DNA from: Candidatus Aminicenantes bacterium
GTDB taxonomy: Bacteria; Acidobacteriota; Aminicenantia; Aminicenantales; JAFGBC01
Reading direction: 5' to 3'
Assembly (NCBI GenBank): GCA_963702005.1
Contig: OY969696.1
Span: 713,680-777,679, forward strand
Length of the DNA: 64,000 nucleotides
The notes under the pieces were generated by a model. That model was not told the DNA's origin, made no database searches, and saw only the letters and a list, made by a program, of their open reading frames with translations. Position 1 is the first letter of the stretch. Every line of letters starts with the position of its first letter. Shown piece by piece: positions 8,530 through 17,535 of the stretch. Made by a program: the position numbers and the translations under genes.

Positions 8530-10119
8530 ATGTTCATTCAACGGCGACCCATGACAAAGAAACTCGCGCTGACGGCGGTCCTGCTCGCCTCCTTCCTCCA
8601 CCTGGCGGCCGGGGGGAAGGGCGATTGGACCGCGGCCGTCGATAAGGCGGAATCGATCGCCGCCCTCGTCGAGAAGAACTATGTCCAGCCTCTGGAGCCC
8701 CAAAAGCTGGCCTTCGCCTCGATCCGGGGCGCCCTGGAAACCCTGGACCCCCACTCCTATTTTGTGGACCCGGAGATGCGTTCCCGGATGACGGAGGAAT
8801 ACACCGGGAAGTTCTACGGGCTGGGGATCCAGATCACAAAGCAGGAGGACCGGCTGGTCGTCATCGCCTGCATCGAGGGGACCCCGGCCTCGCGGCTGGG
8901 CATCCAGCCGGGGGACGTCATCGCCACCATCGACGGCGAAAGCACCAAGCCATTGACCAGCTTCGACGCCATGCAGAAGCTGCGCGGTCTCAAGGGGACC
9001 AAGGTCACCATCACGATCGTCCGCGAAGGCTTCGCCGAGCCGTTCGAGCTCACCGTCATCCGCGAGGAGATCCCCCTTCGCAGCGTCTCCTACGCCTTCC
9101 TGCTCGACGAAAAGGTCGGCTATATCTACCTCAGGTCGTTCAGCGAAACGACGGTCCCCGAGGTCGAGGCCAAGATAAGCGAGCTCCTGGCTCAGGGCAT
9201 GGAGAGCCTCATCCTGGATCTTCGCTGGGACCAGGGCGGCCCCTTTTTCCCGTCCCTGGAGCTGGCCGACGAGTTCTTGCCGAAAGGTTCGCTGATCGTG
9301 TCCATCCGGGGCCGCAACAAGGGCTACGACCGCGAGTTCCGGGCCCTCCGGGACGGCCAGCATGAACGGCTTCCGCTGGTCGTCCTGGTCAATCAAATCA
9401 GCGCCAGCGCTTCGGAAATCGTGGCCGGGGCGATCATGGACAACGACCGCGGCCTTATCGTCGGCGAGGACTCTTGGGGCAAGGGGCTTGTCCAGACCGT
9501 TTTCATGCTCGGGCCGAACAGGGACATGGCCGTCGCCCTGACCACGGCGAAATATTACACGCCGAGCGGCCGCTCAATCCAGCGGGACTACAGCCGGATC
9601 GAGGACTACTACATGAACACGGGAGTTCCCGTCGAATCGCGCGAGGTTCGCTTCACGTCGCGGGGCCGCAAGGTCCTCGGCCAGGGCGGCATCACGCCCG
9701 ACTATAAAGTCCCGCTGACCCTGAAGGCCTTGACAGCGGAGTTGACCTTCCGCGGGGCCTTTTTCAGCTACGGCCGCAAGTTCGTCGCCCACCAGACCCC
9801 CCTGTCCAAATCTTACATCCTTCCCCAAGATAAGGGGACGCCCGAGGAGGCGGCCGGCCGGACGATCGTTCTGGACAAGTCCTTCACGGCCGGACCCGAG
9901 GTCGTCAACGATTTCAAGGACTATCTCCAGTCCCTGAAGATCGAATACAGCCCCGAGAGGTTCGCCGAGGCCGAGGACGAAATAAAAAAGGAGATCGAGC
10001 GCGAGGTCGTGTCCTCTGCCTGGAACCTCGAGGAGGGGATGCGGGTTTACCGGCGGAAGGACCCCGTCGTCCAAAAGGCCATCGCGGCTATGCCCGAAGC
10101 CGCCGGGTTCCTCCGCTGA
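8530..10119 (+). CDS. Carboxyl-terminal processing protease (S41 family, Ctp/Prc)
   Basis: Signal peptide; PDZ domain (GLGIQI...GIQPGDVIATIDG); S41 catalytic region (VLVNQISASASEIVAGA...GKGLVQT). Confidence 0.8.
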   Translation: MFIQRRPMTKKLALTAVLLASFLHLAAGGKGDWTAAVDKAESIAALVEKNYVQPLEPQKLAFASIRGALETLDPHSYFVDPEMRSRMTEEYTGKFYGLGIQITKQEDRLVVIACIEGTPASRLGIQPGDVIATIDGESTKPLTSFDAMQKLRGLKGTKVTITIVREGFAEPFELTVIREEIPLRSVSYAFLLDEKVGYIYLRSFSETTVPEVEAKISELLAQGMESLILDLRWDQGGPFFPSLELADEFLPKGSLIVSIRGRNKGYDREFRALRDGQHERLPLVVLVNQISASASEIVAGAIMDNDRGLIVGEDSWGKGLVQTVFMLGPNRDMAVALTTAKYYTPSGRSIQRDYSRIEDYYMNTGVPVESREVRFTSRGRKVLGQGGITPDYKVPLTLKALTAELTFRGAFFSYGRKFVAHQTPLSKSYILPQDKGTPEEAAGRTIVLDKSFTAGPEVVNDFKDYLQSLKIEYSPERFAEAEDEIKKEIEREVVSSAWNLEEGMRVYRRKDPVVQKAIAAMPEAAGFLR

Positions 10120-10163
10120 ACCGGGACCGAGGGGGCCGGGATGCTCGACCGTTCGGAGCCGTT

Positions 10164-10631
10164 TTGGACATGGAGGCCGAGATGAAAATCGTCCTGGCAT
10201 CGGATCATGCCGGGTATGACTTGAAGATGGGAATCGCGGACTTCCTGGCCGGGCGGGAGATCGAGATCCTCGACGTCGGCTGCGGGCCGGGGGAGTCCGT
10301 CGACTACGTCGATTTCGGGGCCAAGGCTGCGGCTAGTCTCGCTCGGGGGGAGCAGAACCTGGCGATCCTCTTCTGCGGGACGGGTATGGGCATGGCCGTC
10401 GTCGCCAATAAGTTCAAGGGCGTCCGGGCGACCCCGTGCTGGAGCGTCTATACGGCCGAGATGAGCCGGAAGCACAACGACGCCAATTGCCTGACGATGG
10501 GCGGGCGCGTCCTGAGCCTTGAAGAAGCCAAGGCCATCGTCACCACCTGGCTGAGGACGGCTTTCGAGGGTGGGCGCCACGGCCGGCGGGTCGATAAAAT
10601 CCGCCTCCTGGAAAGCGGAAACTTCAAATGA
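10164..10631 (+). CDS. rpiB: Ribose-5-phosphate isomerase B (RpiB/LacAB family)
   Basis: MKIVLASDHAGYDLK and CGTGMGMAVVANKFKGVRA motifs. Confidence 0.8.
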   Translation: MDMEAEMKIVLASDHAGYDLKMGIADFLAGREIEILDVGCGPGESVDYVDFGAKAAASLARGEQNLAILFCGTGMGMAVVANKFKGVRATPCWSVYTAEMSRKHNDANCLTMGGRVLSLEEAKAIVTTWLRTAFEGGRHGRRVDKIRLLESGNFK

Positions 10632-12112
10632 TCCGAGACGCGTCCGCCGCGGAGCAGGGCAGGGAGGCAGACATGGCGGCGCTGCGCGCAAAGATGGAGA
10701 CGCTGGTCGGCAGGATCGAAGACAACAACGTCTGGCGTCAGGCGGATTCTTTCAACCTCATTCCGTCCGAGTCAACTCCGTCCCTTCTCGTCAAAATGTG
10801 CGAAATTTCTGACCCGTCGGGCCGCTACGCCGAGCACAGGACCATGAAGGGCGAAGAGGTCTATTTCTATCAAGGCACCGACTTCATCCGGGACGTCGAG
10901 GTCGAGGCGCAGAAAGAGCTGGCGGCCTTCTTCGGCTGCCGGGACCTCGAACTCCGGCCCATCTCAGGCCAGATGGCCAACGAGGTCGTCTTCAAGGGGC
11001 TGGTCCGGTTCCTCAACCGGAACAAGCCCCCCGGGTCCCAGCCCCGCAAGCTGCGGCTCGTCCTCAACAACGATCTCAACAAAGGCGGCCACCTGAGCGC
11101 CCAGCCGATGGGCGCCCTGTTCAATTACGTCGAGGAAGATCCCGGGACGGGCAAGGAGCGGGTCATCCATTTCCCCGTCTTGAAGGATAATCCCTACAAG
11201 GTCGATGGCGCGGCCCTCGCCGAGCTCTTGGAGGGTCCGAGGCCGGAGCTCATCGTATTCGGGAAGAGCATGTTCATCTATGCCGAGCCGGTCCGGCTCG
11301 TGGCCGAGATCGTCAAGAGCTGGACCGAGCGTCCCCTCCTCATGTTCGACATGGCCCACGTCCTGGGTCTGTATGGCGCATTCCAGACGCCCCTGGCCGA
11401 GGGCGCCGACATCGTGACCGGGAGCACCCACAAGACGTTCTTCGGTCCCCAGCGGGGGGTCATCGCCGGCAGCTTCCCCAAGGAGAGCCCCCTCCATTCG
11501 TTCTGGCTGGACGTCAAAGGCCGCGCCTTCCCCGGCTCGACCTCGAACCACCATCTGGGCACGCTGCTCGGTCTGCTGGCCGCCGCCTACGAGATGAACG
11601 CCTTCAAATCCGAGTTCGCGGAGAAGGTCCGGGCCAACGCCAAAGCCTTCGCCCGCGCCCTTAAAGACGAGGGCGTCCCGGTCGAAGGCGACCCGGCGGA
11701 CGGCTACACGGAGACGCACCAGGTCCTCATCCGGGTCAAGGCCTTCGGGTCCGGCCAGGTGATCGCCCGCCGGCTCGAGGAGAACAATATCCTGACCAAC
11801 TACCAGGCCCTCCCGGACGACGAGACCTTTTTGGCCTCGAGCGGCATCCGGCTCGGCGTTCAGGAAATGACGCGGTTCGGGATGGAGGCCGAGGATTTCG
11901 ATACGCTGGCGGGATTGATGGCGGACTGCATCGTTCGCGATAAAAGCGTCAAAAACGAGGTCCGGGCCTTCCGCCGGAACTTTCTGGAGATGCGATACTG
12001 TCTTCCCGAGCGGGAAGCGGCCGGCTTAGCCGCCCGCGTTCTCCGCAGCGTATTCCCCCAGGGCGGCGTCGTGGAGGCCCTGATCGACGGGCTCCGCAAG
12101 GCCGGCCGTTGA
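10628..12112 (+). CDS. Serine hydroxymethyltransferase-family PLP enzyme (divergent GlyA-like)
   Basis: FNLIPSESTPSLLV matches the SHMT N-terminal motif LxLIASEN. GSTHKTFFGPQRGVIAG matches the SHMT PLP-lysine motif TTHKTLRGPRGG. Confidence 0.55.
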   Translation: MIRDASAAEQGREADMAALRAKMETLVGRIEDNNVWRQADSFNLIPSESTPSLLVKMCEISDPSGRYAEHRTMKGEEVYFYQGTDFIRDVEVEAQKELAAFFGCRDLELRPISGQMANEVVFKGLVRFLNRNKPPGSQPRKLRLVLNNDLNKGGHLSAQPMGALFNYVEEDPGTGKERVIHFPVLKDNPYKVDGAALAELLEGPRPELIVFGKSMFIYAEPVRLVAEIVKSWTERPLLMFDMAHVLGLYGAFQTPLAEGADIVTGSTHKTFFGPQRGVIAGSFPKESPLHSFWLDVKGRAFPGSTSNHHLGTLLGLLAAAYEMNAFKSEFAEKVRANAKAFARALKDEGVPVEGDPADGYTETHQVLIRVKAFGSGQVIARRLEENNILTNYQALPDDETFLASSGIRLGVQEMTRFGMEAEDFDTLAGLMADCIVRDKSVKNEVRAFRRNFLEMRYCLPEREAAGLAARVLRSVFPQGGVVEALIDGLRKAGR

Positions 12113-12152
12113 GGGGCGGGAGGGCGGCGGACTCGAACAAGGGAGGACGAGG

Positions 12153-13433
12153 ATGAGAGTCTTGATCATAGGCTCCGGGGGCCGGGAGCACGCCCTAGCC
12201 TGGAAGATCAGCCAGAGCCCGCTCCTCAAGAAGCTCTTTTGCGCCCCGGGCAATCCCGGGACGGCCCAAGTCGCCGAGAACGTCCCCATCCGCGAAACGG
12301 ATCTTCCCGGCCTGGCCGAATTCGCCAGCCGGGAGAGGATCGACCTAACGGTCGTGGGTCCCGAGCTGCCCTTGACGATGGGAATCGCGGACGAGTTCGA
12401 GTCTCAGGGGCTGCGGATCTTCGGCCCGTCCAAGAAGGCGGCCGAGCTCGAGGGGAGCAAGATCTTCGCCAAGCAGTTCATGGAGCGGCACCGGATCCCG
12501 ACGGCCCGCTTCAAGATCGCCGAGACGGACGACCAGGCCATGAAGATCCTCAACTCGGGCGCGTTCAGCTTTCCCCTCGTCATCAAGGCGGACGGTCTGG
12601 CCGGCGGCAAGGGCGCCGTCGTCTGTCCGAACATGAAGAAGGCCGAGGAGACGATCCAGTCGATCATGGTCAAGAAGCAGTTCGGCGAGGAGAACACCCG
12701 GGTCGTCATCGAGGAGTTCCTGCGCGGCCGCGAAGCTTCCTTCATCGTCATCTCCGACGGGACCCAGGTCCAGCCCCTCGTCACGGCCATGGACCACAAG
12801 GCCGCGTACGAGGGTGACCGGGGCCCGAACACGGGCGGGATGGGCGCCGTCTCGCCGTCGCCCTTCATCACCAAGGAGCTCTTCATGCAGGTGGCGAGTT
12901 CCATCATCTTCCCGACCATCACCCGGATGCTCGAGGAGGGCCGGCGCTTGCGGGGCGTCCTCTACGCCGGCCTGATGCTGACCGACCAGGGACCCAAAGT
13001 CCTCGAGTTCAACTGCCGGTTCGGAGATCCGGAAACCCAGGCCCAGCTCCTCAGGATGGAAAGCGACTTCCTGGAAATCCTCCTTTCGGCCGTGTTCGAG
13101 AACGTCCTGAGCCGCAAAGTCCGCTGGAGCGCCAAGGTATCCGGTTGCGTCGTCCTGGCCTCGGGCGGCTATCCCCTCCGCTACGAGACGGGAAAGCCGA
13201 TCGAGGGCCTTGAGCAAGCCGAAGCCATCCCCGGCGTCACCGTCTTTCATGCCGGGACCCGGATGGAAAACCGAGCGCTGCTGACGAACGGAGGCCGGGT
13301 CCTCAACGTCTGCGCGCTCGACACGAACCTGGCCGGGGCCATGGACAAAGCCTACGAGGCCGCTTCGGCCGTCCGCTTCGAAGCCATGCATTATCGCCGC
13401 GATATCGGCTGCGAACGGGAGGAGGCGGAATGA
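12153..13433 (+). CDS. purD: Phosphoribosylamine--glycine ligase
   Basis: MRVLIIGSGGREHALAWK N-terminus; ATP-grasp body; size matches PurD. Confidence 0.9.
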   Translation: MRVLIIGSGGREHALAWKISQSPLLKKLFCAPGNPGTAQVAENVPIRETDLPGLAEFASRERIDLTVVGPELPLTMGIADEFESQGLRIFGPSKKAAELEGSKIFAKQFMERHRIPTARFKIAETDDQAMKILNSGAFSFPLVIKADGLAGGKGAVVCPNMKKAEETIQSIMVKKQFGEENTRVVIEEFLRGREASFIVISDGTQVQPLVTAMDHKAAYEGDRGPNTGGMGAVSPSPFITKELFMQVASSIIFPTITRMLEEGRRLRGVLYAGLMLTDQGPKVLEFNCRFGDPETQAQLLRMESDFLEILLSAVFENVLSRKVRWSAKVSGCVVLASGGYPLRYETGKPIEGLEQAEAIPGVTVFHAGTRMENRALLTNGGRVLNVCALDTNLAGAMDKAYEAASAVRFEAMHYRRDIGCEREEAE

Positions 13434-13921
13434 AGGTCGTCATTTTTCTGGGCAGCGAATCCGATTTCGACGTCATCCAGGAAGCCCTGGAGGTCCTCAA
13501 GGAGTTCGGCGTCCCCTTCCGGCTCGAAGTCAGCTCGGCCCACCGCAGCCCGGAGCGGACCTTGCGCCTTGTCCGGGAGACGGAGGCGGCCGGGGCCGAG
13601 GTCTACATCGCCGTGGCCGGGAAGGCGGCTCATCTGGCCGGCGCCGTGGCCGCCCAAACCGTCCGCCCCGTCATCGGCGTGCCCGTCGACAGCGCCGCCC
13701 TGAGCGGTCTCGACGCCCTCCTCTCGACCGTCCAGATGCCGAAGGGCATCCCGGTCGCGACGATGGGGCTCGGCAAAATGGGCGGCACGAACGCCGCGCT
13801 GCTGGCGATCGCCATCCTGAGCCTGAGCGATCCCGGCTTGAAGGACAAGCTCCTCGCCTACCGGGCCCGGATGGCCGCCCAGGTCGAAGCGGGCTCGGCC
13901 AAGCTCCGGCGGAAGTTATGA
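13430..13921 (+). CDS. purE: N5-carboxyaminoimidazole ribonucleotide mutase
   Basis: VVIFLGSESD...SSAHRSPER...YIAVAGKAAHLAG motifs. Start overlaps the purD stop. Confidence 0.9.
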   Translation: MKVVIFLGSESDFDVIQEALEVLKEFGVPFRLEVSSAHRSPERTLRLVRETEAAGAEVYIAVAGKAAHLAGAVAAQTVRPVIGVPVDSAALSGLDALLSTVQMPKGIPVATMGLGKMGGTNAALLAIAILSLSDPGLKDKLLAYRARMAAQVEAGSAKLRRKL

Positions 13922-13988
13922 CCCGTTCGCCGATACTAACCCCCGCTTTTCAAAGCGGGGATGAGAAGCGAGGCTCAGGGTTAACCCC
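13922..13988 (+). repeat. Conserved ~65-nt structured intergenic element, copy 1 (hairpin ccccgcttttcaaagcgggg + gagaagcgaggctcagggttaa)
   Basis: About 85% identical to 28570-28632; both lie immediately 3' of a + strand gene stop. Confidence 0.5.
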
Positions 13989-14034
13989 CTACAAGACCGG
14001 GCAATCATGTCGGGGAGTTGAGGGGTTGACCTCC

Positions 14035-15273
14035 GTCCTCATTCACAACTTCGGCTGCCGGGTCAATCAAGCCGAGGCCTTCGGCTGGGCGGAAGAGCTC
14101 CAGAGCCGCGGGCTGAGACTTGAAAAGGACATAGCCCGGAGCGACCTCGTCGTCGTCAACACCTGCACCCTGACGAATCGGGCCGAGAGCGATGTCCGCC
14201 GCTACCTGCGCCGGGTGACGCGACTCAACCCGTCCGCCCGCCTCGTCCTGACCGGTTGTTCGGTCGCGTTGGACCGTGCGCGCTTCGAAGGGGGACCGCA
14301 GGTCTGGCTGGTCGTTCCCAACGAGGACAAGGCGCATCTCGCGGACCGGGTCCTGGCTTTGGTCGGCGCGGCCCCGGCGCGGCCGATCGAGCCTTTCCGG
14401 TCACGCGCCCTGATCAAGATCCAGGACGGCTGTGATTTTCGTTGCGCCTTCTGCATCATCCCGGCCGTCCGGGGCGGAGGACGGAGCCTCGCGGCCGCCG
14501 AAATCCTGTCCAAGGTCCGGGGTTTCGCGGAGCGGGGCTTCGCCGAGGTCGTCCTTTCCGGAGTTCAGCTGGGCTCGTACGGGACCGACCTCGTCCCGCG
14601 AACGTCCCTCCTCGAACTCCTGGAGACGTTGGAGAAGGCGGCGGGCGGAATCCGCCTCCGGCTGAGTTCGCTCGATCCAAGGTTCATGACGGCCGGGCTC
14701 CTGGATTTCTTCGCGGCGAGCAGGGCCGTCTGTCCCCATTTCCATCTTTCCCTCCAGTCCGGCTCGGACACGGTCCTGGAGAGGATGGGCCGGCGGATCG
14801 GCGCCACCCGTTATTGCGAAATCCTGACGCGGCTGGCGGAGGGCGTGCCGGGCGCGGCGCTGGGCGCGGACATCATCGTAGGGTTTCCGGGCGAGACCGA
14901 GGAAGAATTCGATCGGACCCGCCGCTTCGTCGAGGCCTCGCCGCTGACATACCTCCATGTCTTTTCTTATTCGCCGCGGGCCGGGACGCCGGCCGCCGTC
15001 CTCCCCCAGTTGGATGCGAAGGTCAAGAAGCGGCGTTCGGCTTCCCTGCGAGCCCTTGCCAAGGACAAGAATCTCGCTTTCCGTCGAACGTTTGTAGGGC
15101 GGGAATCCGAGGCCGTCGTCATCAAGCGCGGCGGCGCCCTGGGCGAAGTCCTCACTCCGAATTACATCAAGGTTCTCGTCGCTGGCGGACTCCCCCAAGC
15201 CGGGGCCTGTGTCCGGGTCCGGATCAGCCGCGCAACTCCCGCCGTGACCGAGGGACGCGTTTGCCCGCCCTGA
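14035..15273 (+). CDS. mtaB: tRNA methylthiotransferase (MiaB/MtaB/RimO radical-SAM family, MtaB-like). Start uncertain, likely TTG near 14035.
   Basis: IKIQDGCDFRCAFCIIP radical-SAM CxxxCxxC motif; N-terminal MTTase domain (IHNFGCRVNQ); C-terminal TRAM-like region. The 5' part of the annotated ORF overlaps the conserved intergenic element, so the true start is downstream. Confidence 0.75.
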   Translation, partial: VLIHNFGCRVNQAEAFGWAEELQSRGLRLEKDIARSDLVVVNTCTLTNRAESDVRRYLRRVTRLNPSARLVLTGCSVALDRARFEGGPQVWLVVPNEDKAHLADRVLALVGAAPARPIEPFRSRALIKIQDGCDFRCAFCIIPAVRGGGRSLAAAEILSKVRGFAERGFAEVVLSGVQLGSYGTDLVPRTSLLELLETLEKAAGGIRLRLSSLDPRFMTAGLLDFFAASRAVCPHFHLSLQSGSDTVLERMGRRIGATRYCEILTRLAEGVPGAALGADIIVGFPGETEEEFDRTRRFVEASPLTYLHVFSYSPRAGTPAAVLPQLDAKVKKRRSASLRALAKDKNLAFRRTFVGRESEAVVIKRGGALGEVLTPNYIKVLVAGGLPQAGACVRVRISRATPAVTEGRVCPP

Positions 15274-16940
15274 CCAAGATCCATCGTCTTCCCGCGGCGG
15301 TCGCTCAGAAGATCGCGGCCGGTGAAGTCATCGAGCGGCCCGCGTCGGTCGTCAAGGAGCTCGTCGAGAACGCTCTCGACGCCGGCGCCCGCGAAATCCG
15401 GATCGAGCTCCAGGACGGCGGGAAGTCCATGATCCGTGTCCAGGACGACGGGCAGGGGATGGGGCGCGAAGACGCCCTTCTCTGCTGCGAACGGCACGCC
15501 ACCAGCAAGCTCGCCGACGAAGAGGACCTGGCCCGGATCGCGACCCTGGGATTCCGGGGCGAAGCGCTGGCCAGCATCGCGGCCGTGGCCGGGGTCGTTC
15601 TCAAGACGTCGGACGATACGGGCCGTCCCGGAACGGCCGTCGAGCAGGAAGCCGGCGAACAAATAAGCGTTTCCGACATTCCCTTTCCGCGGGGGACCAG
15701 CGTCGAGGTCAGGGACCTTTTCTTCAACCTGCCGGCCCGCCGCAAGTTCCTCCGGTCCGGATCGTCCGAACTGACGGTCATCGCCAAACAGATGACGCTC
15801 GTCGCTCTCGGCCGTCCCGGCGTCCGCTTCCATGTTCTCCACGGCAAGCGGGAGGTCCTGAACGCTCCGGCCGTGGCCGGCCTACGAGAGCGGGTGTTCC
15901 AGCTCTTCGGGAAGACCGTTCTCGACCGGCTCGCCGAAGTCAACTTTGAGGAGGGAGGCTGCCGGCTCAGCGGGCTCGCTTCGCGCCCGCCCCAAGGCAA
16001 GGCGGACCGGGCTCACCAGTTTTTCTTCGTGAACGGCCGGCCGGTCCGCGACCGCCTCCTCCAGGCGGCCCTCAACCAAGGATACCGGGGGCTCCTGGAA
16101 AAAGATTCTTACCCCGAGGCCTTTTTATTCTTGACGCTTCCCTTCGAGGAGGTGGACGTCAACGTTCATCCGGCCAAATCCGAGGTCCGTTTCAAGGACT
16201 CCCAGAGGGTTTTCGCCGCGGTCGTTCGGGGGCTCGAGACGTCGCTCCGGCGAGGTCCCAGGATCAAGGAAATGATCCCGGAGCGGGCCGGAACGCTTAG
16301 GGTCGAGGAAAGCCGCCAGGACTCTCTGTTCGGAGCCCCCGAGCCCGGCCCGTCCGGGTCCGAAAGGCCGCTCTTTCCCCAAGTTCTAGGACAGTTCCTG
16401 ACGACCTACATAGTCGCGGCGGCCGAGGAAGGCGTCTATATTATCGATCAGCACAACGCCCATGAGCGGATCCTGTTCGACCGCTTCAAGGAGGCCAAAG
16501 GCCGCGGCCGTCTGCCCCGGAAAACGGCTCTCCTCCCGGTTCTTGTCGAGCTTTCCCCCGCTCAGATCTTGAGCCTGGAAGCGGAAAGAGAATCCCTGGA
16601 CGAAACGGGCTTTCGGGTCGAGGAGATGGGAGGACGAACCGTCGTCCTCAAGGAATACCCCGACCTGTTCGGTCCCGACGGGGCCAGAGAGGCCTTCTTG
16701 GCCGTCCTCGAGGAGATGGGAAAGGACCAAACCGGGGACCGGCTGGATCGGATCCTAAGGACATTGGCCTGTAAATCGGCCATCAAGGCCGGAGAGCCGC
16801 TTCTTCGGGAGAAGATGGAGTATCTCGTAGCTGAACTTTTCCGGCTTGAAGACAGGGCGCTCTGTCCCCACGGCCGCCCGATCATGATCTTGATCGAAAG
16901 AGGCCAGGTCGAAAAGGGCCTCAAGAGACACCCAAATTGA
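15261..16940 (+). CDS. mutL: DNA mismatch repair protein MutL (probable TTG start overlapping the mtaB stop)
   Basis: LPAAVAQKIAAGEVIERPASVVKELVENALDAGA (GHKL ATPase N-terminus of MutL); C-terminal dimerisation domain. The long ORF from 14442 is an upstream open-frame artefact overlapping mtaB. Confidence 0.85.
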   Translation: MPALTKIHRLPAAVAQKIAAGEVIERPASVVKELVENALDAGAREIRIELQDGGKSMIRVQDDGQGMGREDALLCCERHATSKLADEEDLARIATLGFRGEALASIAAVAGVVLKTSDDTGRPGTAVEQEAGEQISVSDIPFPRGTSVEVRDLFFNLPARRKFLRSGSSELTVIAKQMTLVALGRPGVRFHVLHGKREVLNAPAVAGLRERVFQLFGKTVLDRLAEVNFEEGGCRLSGLASRPPQGKADRAHQFFFVNGRPVRDRLLQAALNQGYRGLLEKDSYPEAFLFLTLPFEEVDVNVHPAKSEVRFKDSQRVFAAVVRGLETSLRRGPRIKEMIPERAGTLRVEESRQDSLFGAPEPGPSGSERPLFPQVLGQFLTTYIVAAAEEGVYIIDQHNAHERILFDRFKEAKGRGRLPRKTALLPVLVELSPAQILSLEAERESLDETGFRVEEMGGRTVVLKEYPDLFGPDGAREAFLAVLEEMGKDQTGDRLDRILRTLACKSAIKAGEPLLREKMEYLVAELFRLEDRALCPHGRPIMILIERGQVEKGLKRHPN

Positions 16941-17037
16941 CACCCCCCGGCCGTTTTGTTAAGATGGGCTGGCTCGCGAGACAGGGTCGGCCGGATCCGG
17001 GTCGTTTCTCGAAATGCCATCGCCTCCGCCGCGGGAC

Positions 17038-17112
17038 CGGGGAGTAGCGCAGCCTGGTTAGCGCGCCTGCCTTGGGAGCAGGAGGTCGTCGGTTCAAATC
17101 CGATCTCCCCGA
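17038..17112 (+). tRNA. tRNA-Pro (anticodon TGG)
   Basis: Manual cloverleaf: 7-bp acceptor CGGGGAG/CTCCCCG, D-stem GCGC, anticodon loop CTTGGGA, T-loop TTCAAAT. CCA is not encoded. Confidence 0.8.
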
Positions 17113-17177
17113 TTGTACTTCAAGGCAGGCGGCCGGGCGATCACGCGCCGAACGGCCGCGAGCTGGTCTGGCCTTAA

Positions 17178-17251
<74 letters not shown>

Positions 17252-17535
17252 TTCTCCCTCCTTCTTATAAGTGACAATAATTGCCCAGAGAGTGCGTGCC
17301 CGAGGATTCTATATAGCCTTTGAAGGTGAGGCGCTTCACCAAAAATTCACCTTGCCAATCCCCCTGAGGGGTGATTGACGCCTGCCAAGGGCTGGGATAG
17401 GTTTGAAAAGCGTCAGACAATTTTTGGCTTGGATGAAGCAGGCATCGAGAAAAGAGCCAGAGAAGACCGTCTTGTTAGTAGAGGCGAAAAGCTTGACGAA
17501 AATTGTCAGGGTAAGTCCTAAGCGACGGAGTCGAG

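Noticed and set aside
14442-15260. 5' extension of the 832-aa ORF (14442-16940) upstream of mutL
   Set aside because: The extension overlaps mtaB in another frame and translates to Arg/Pro/Gly-rich nonsense. MutL homology begins at about 15261.
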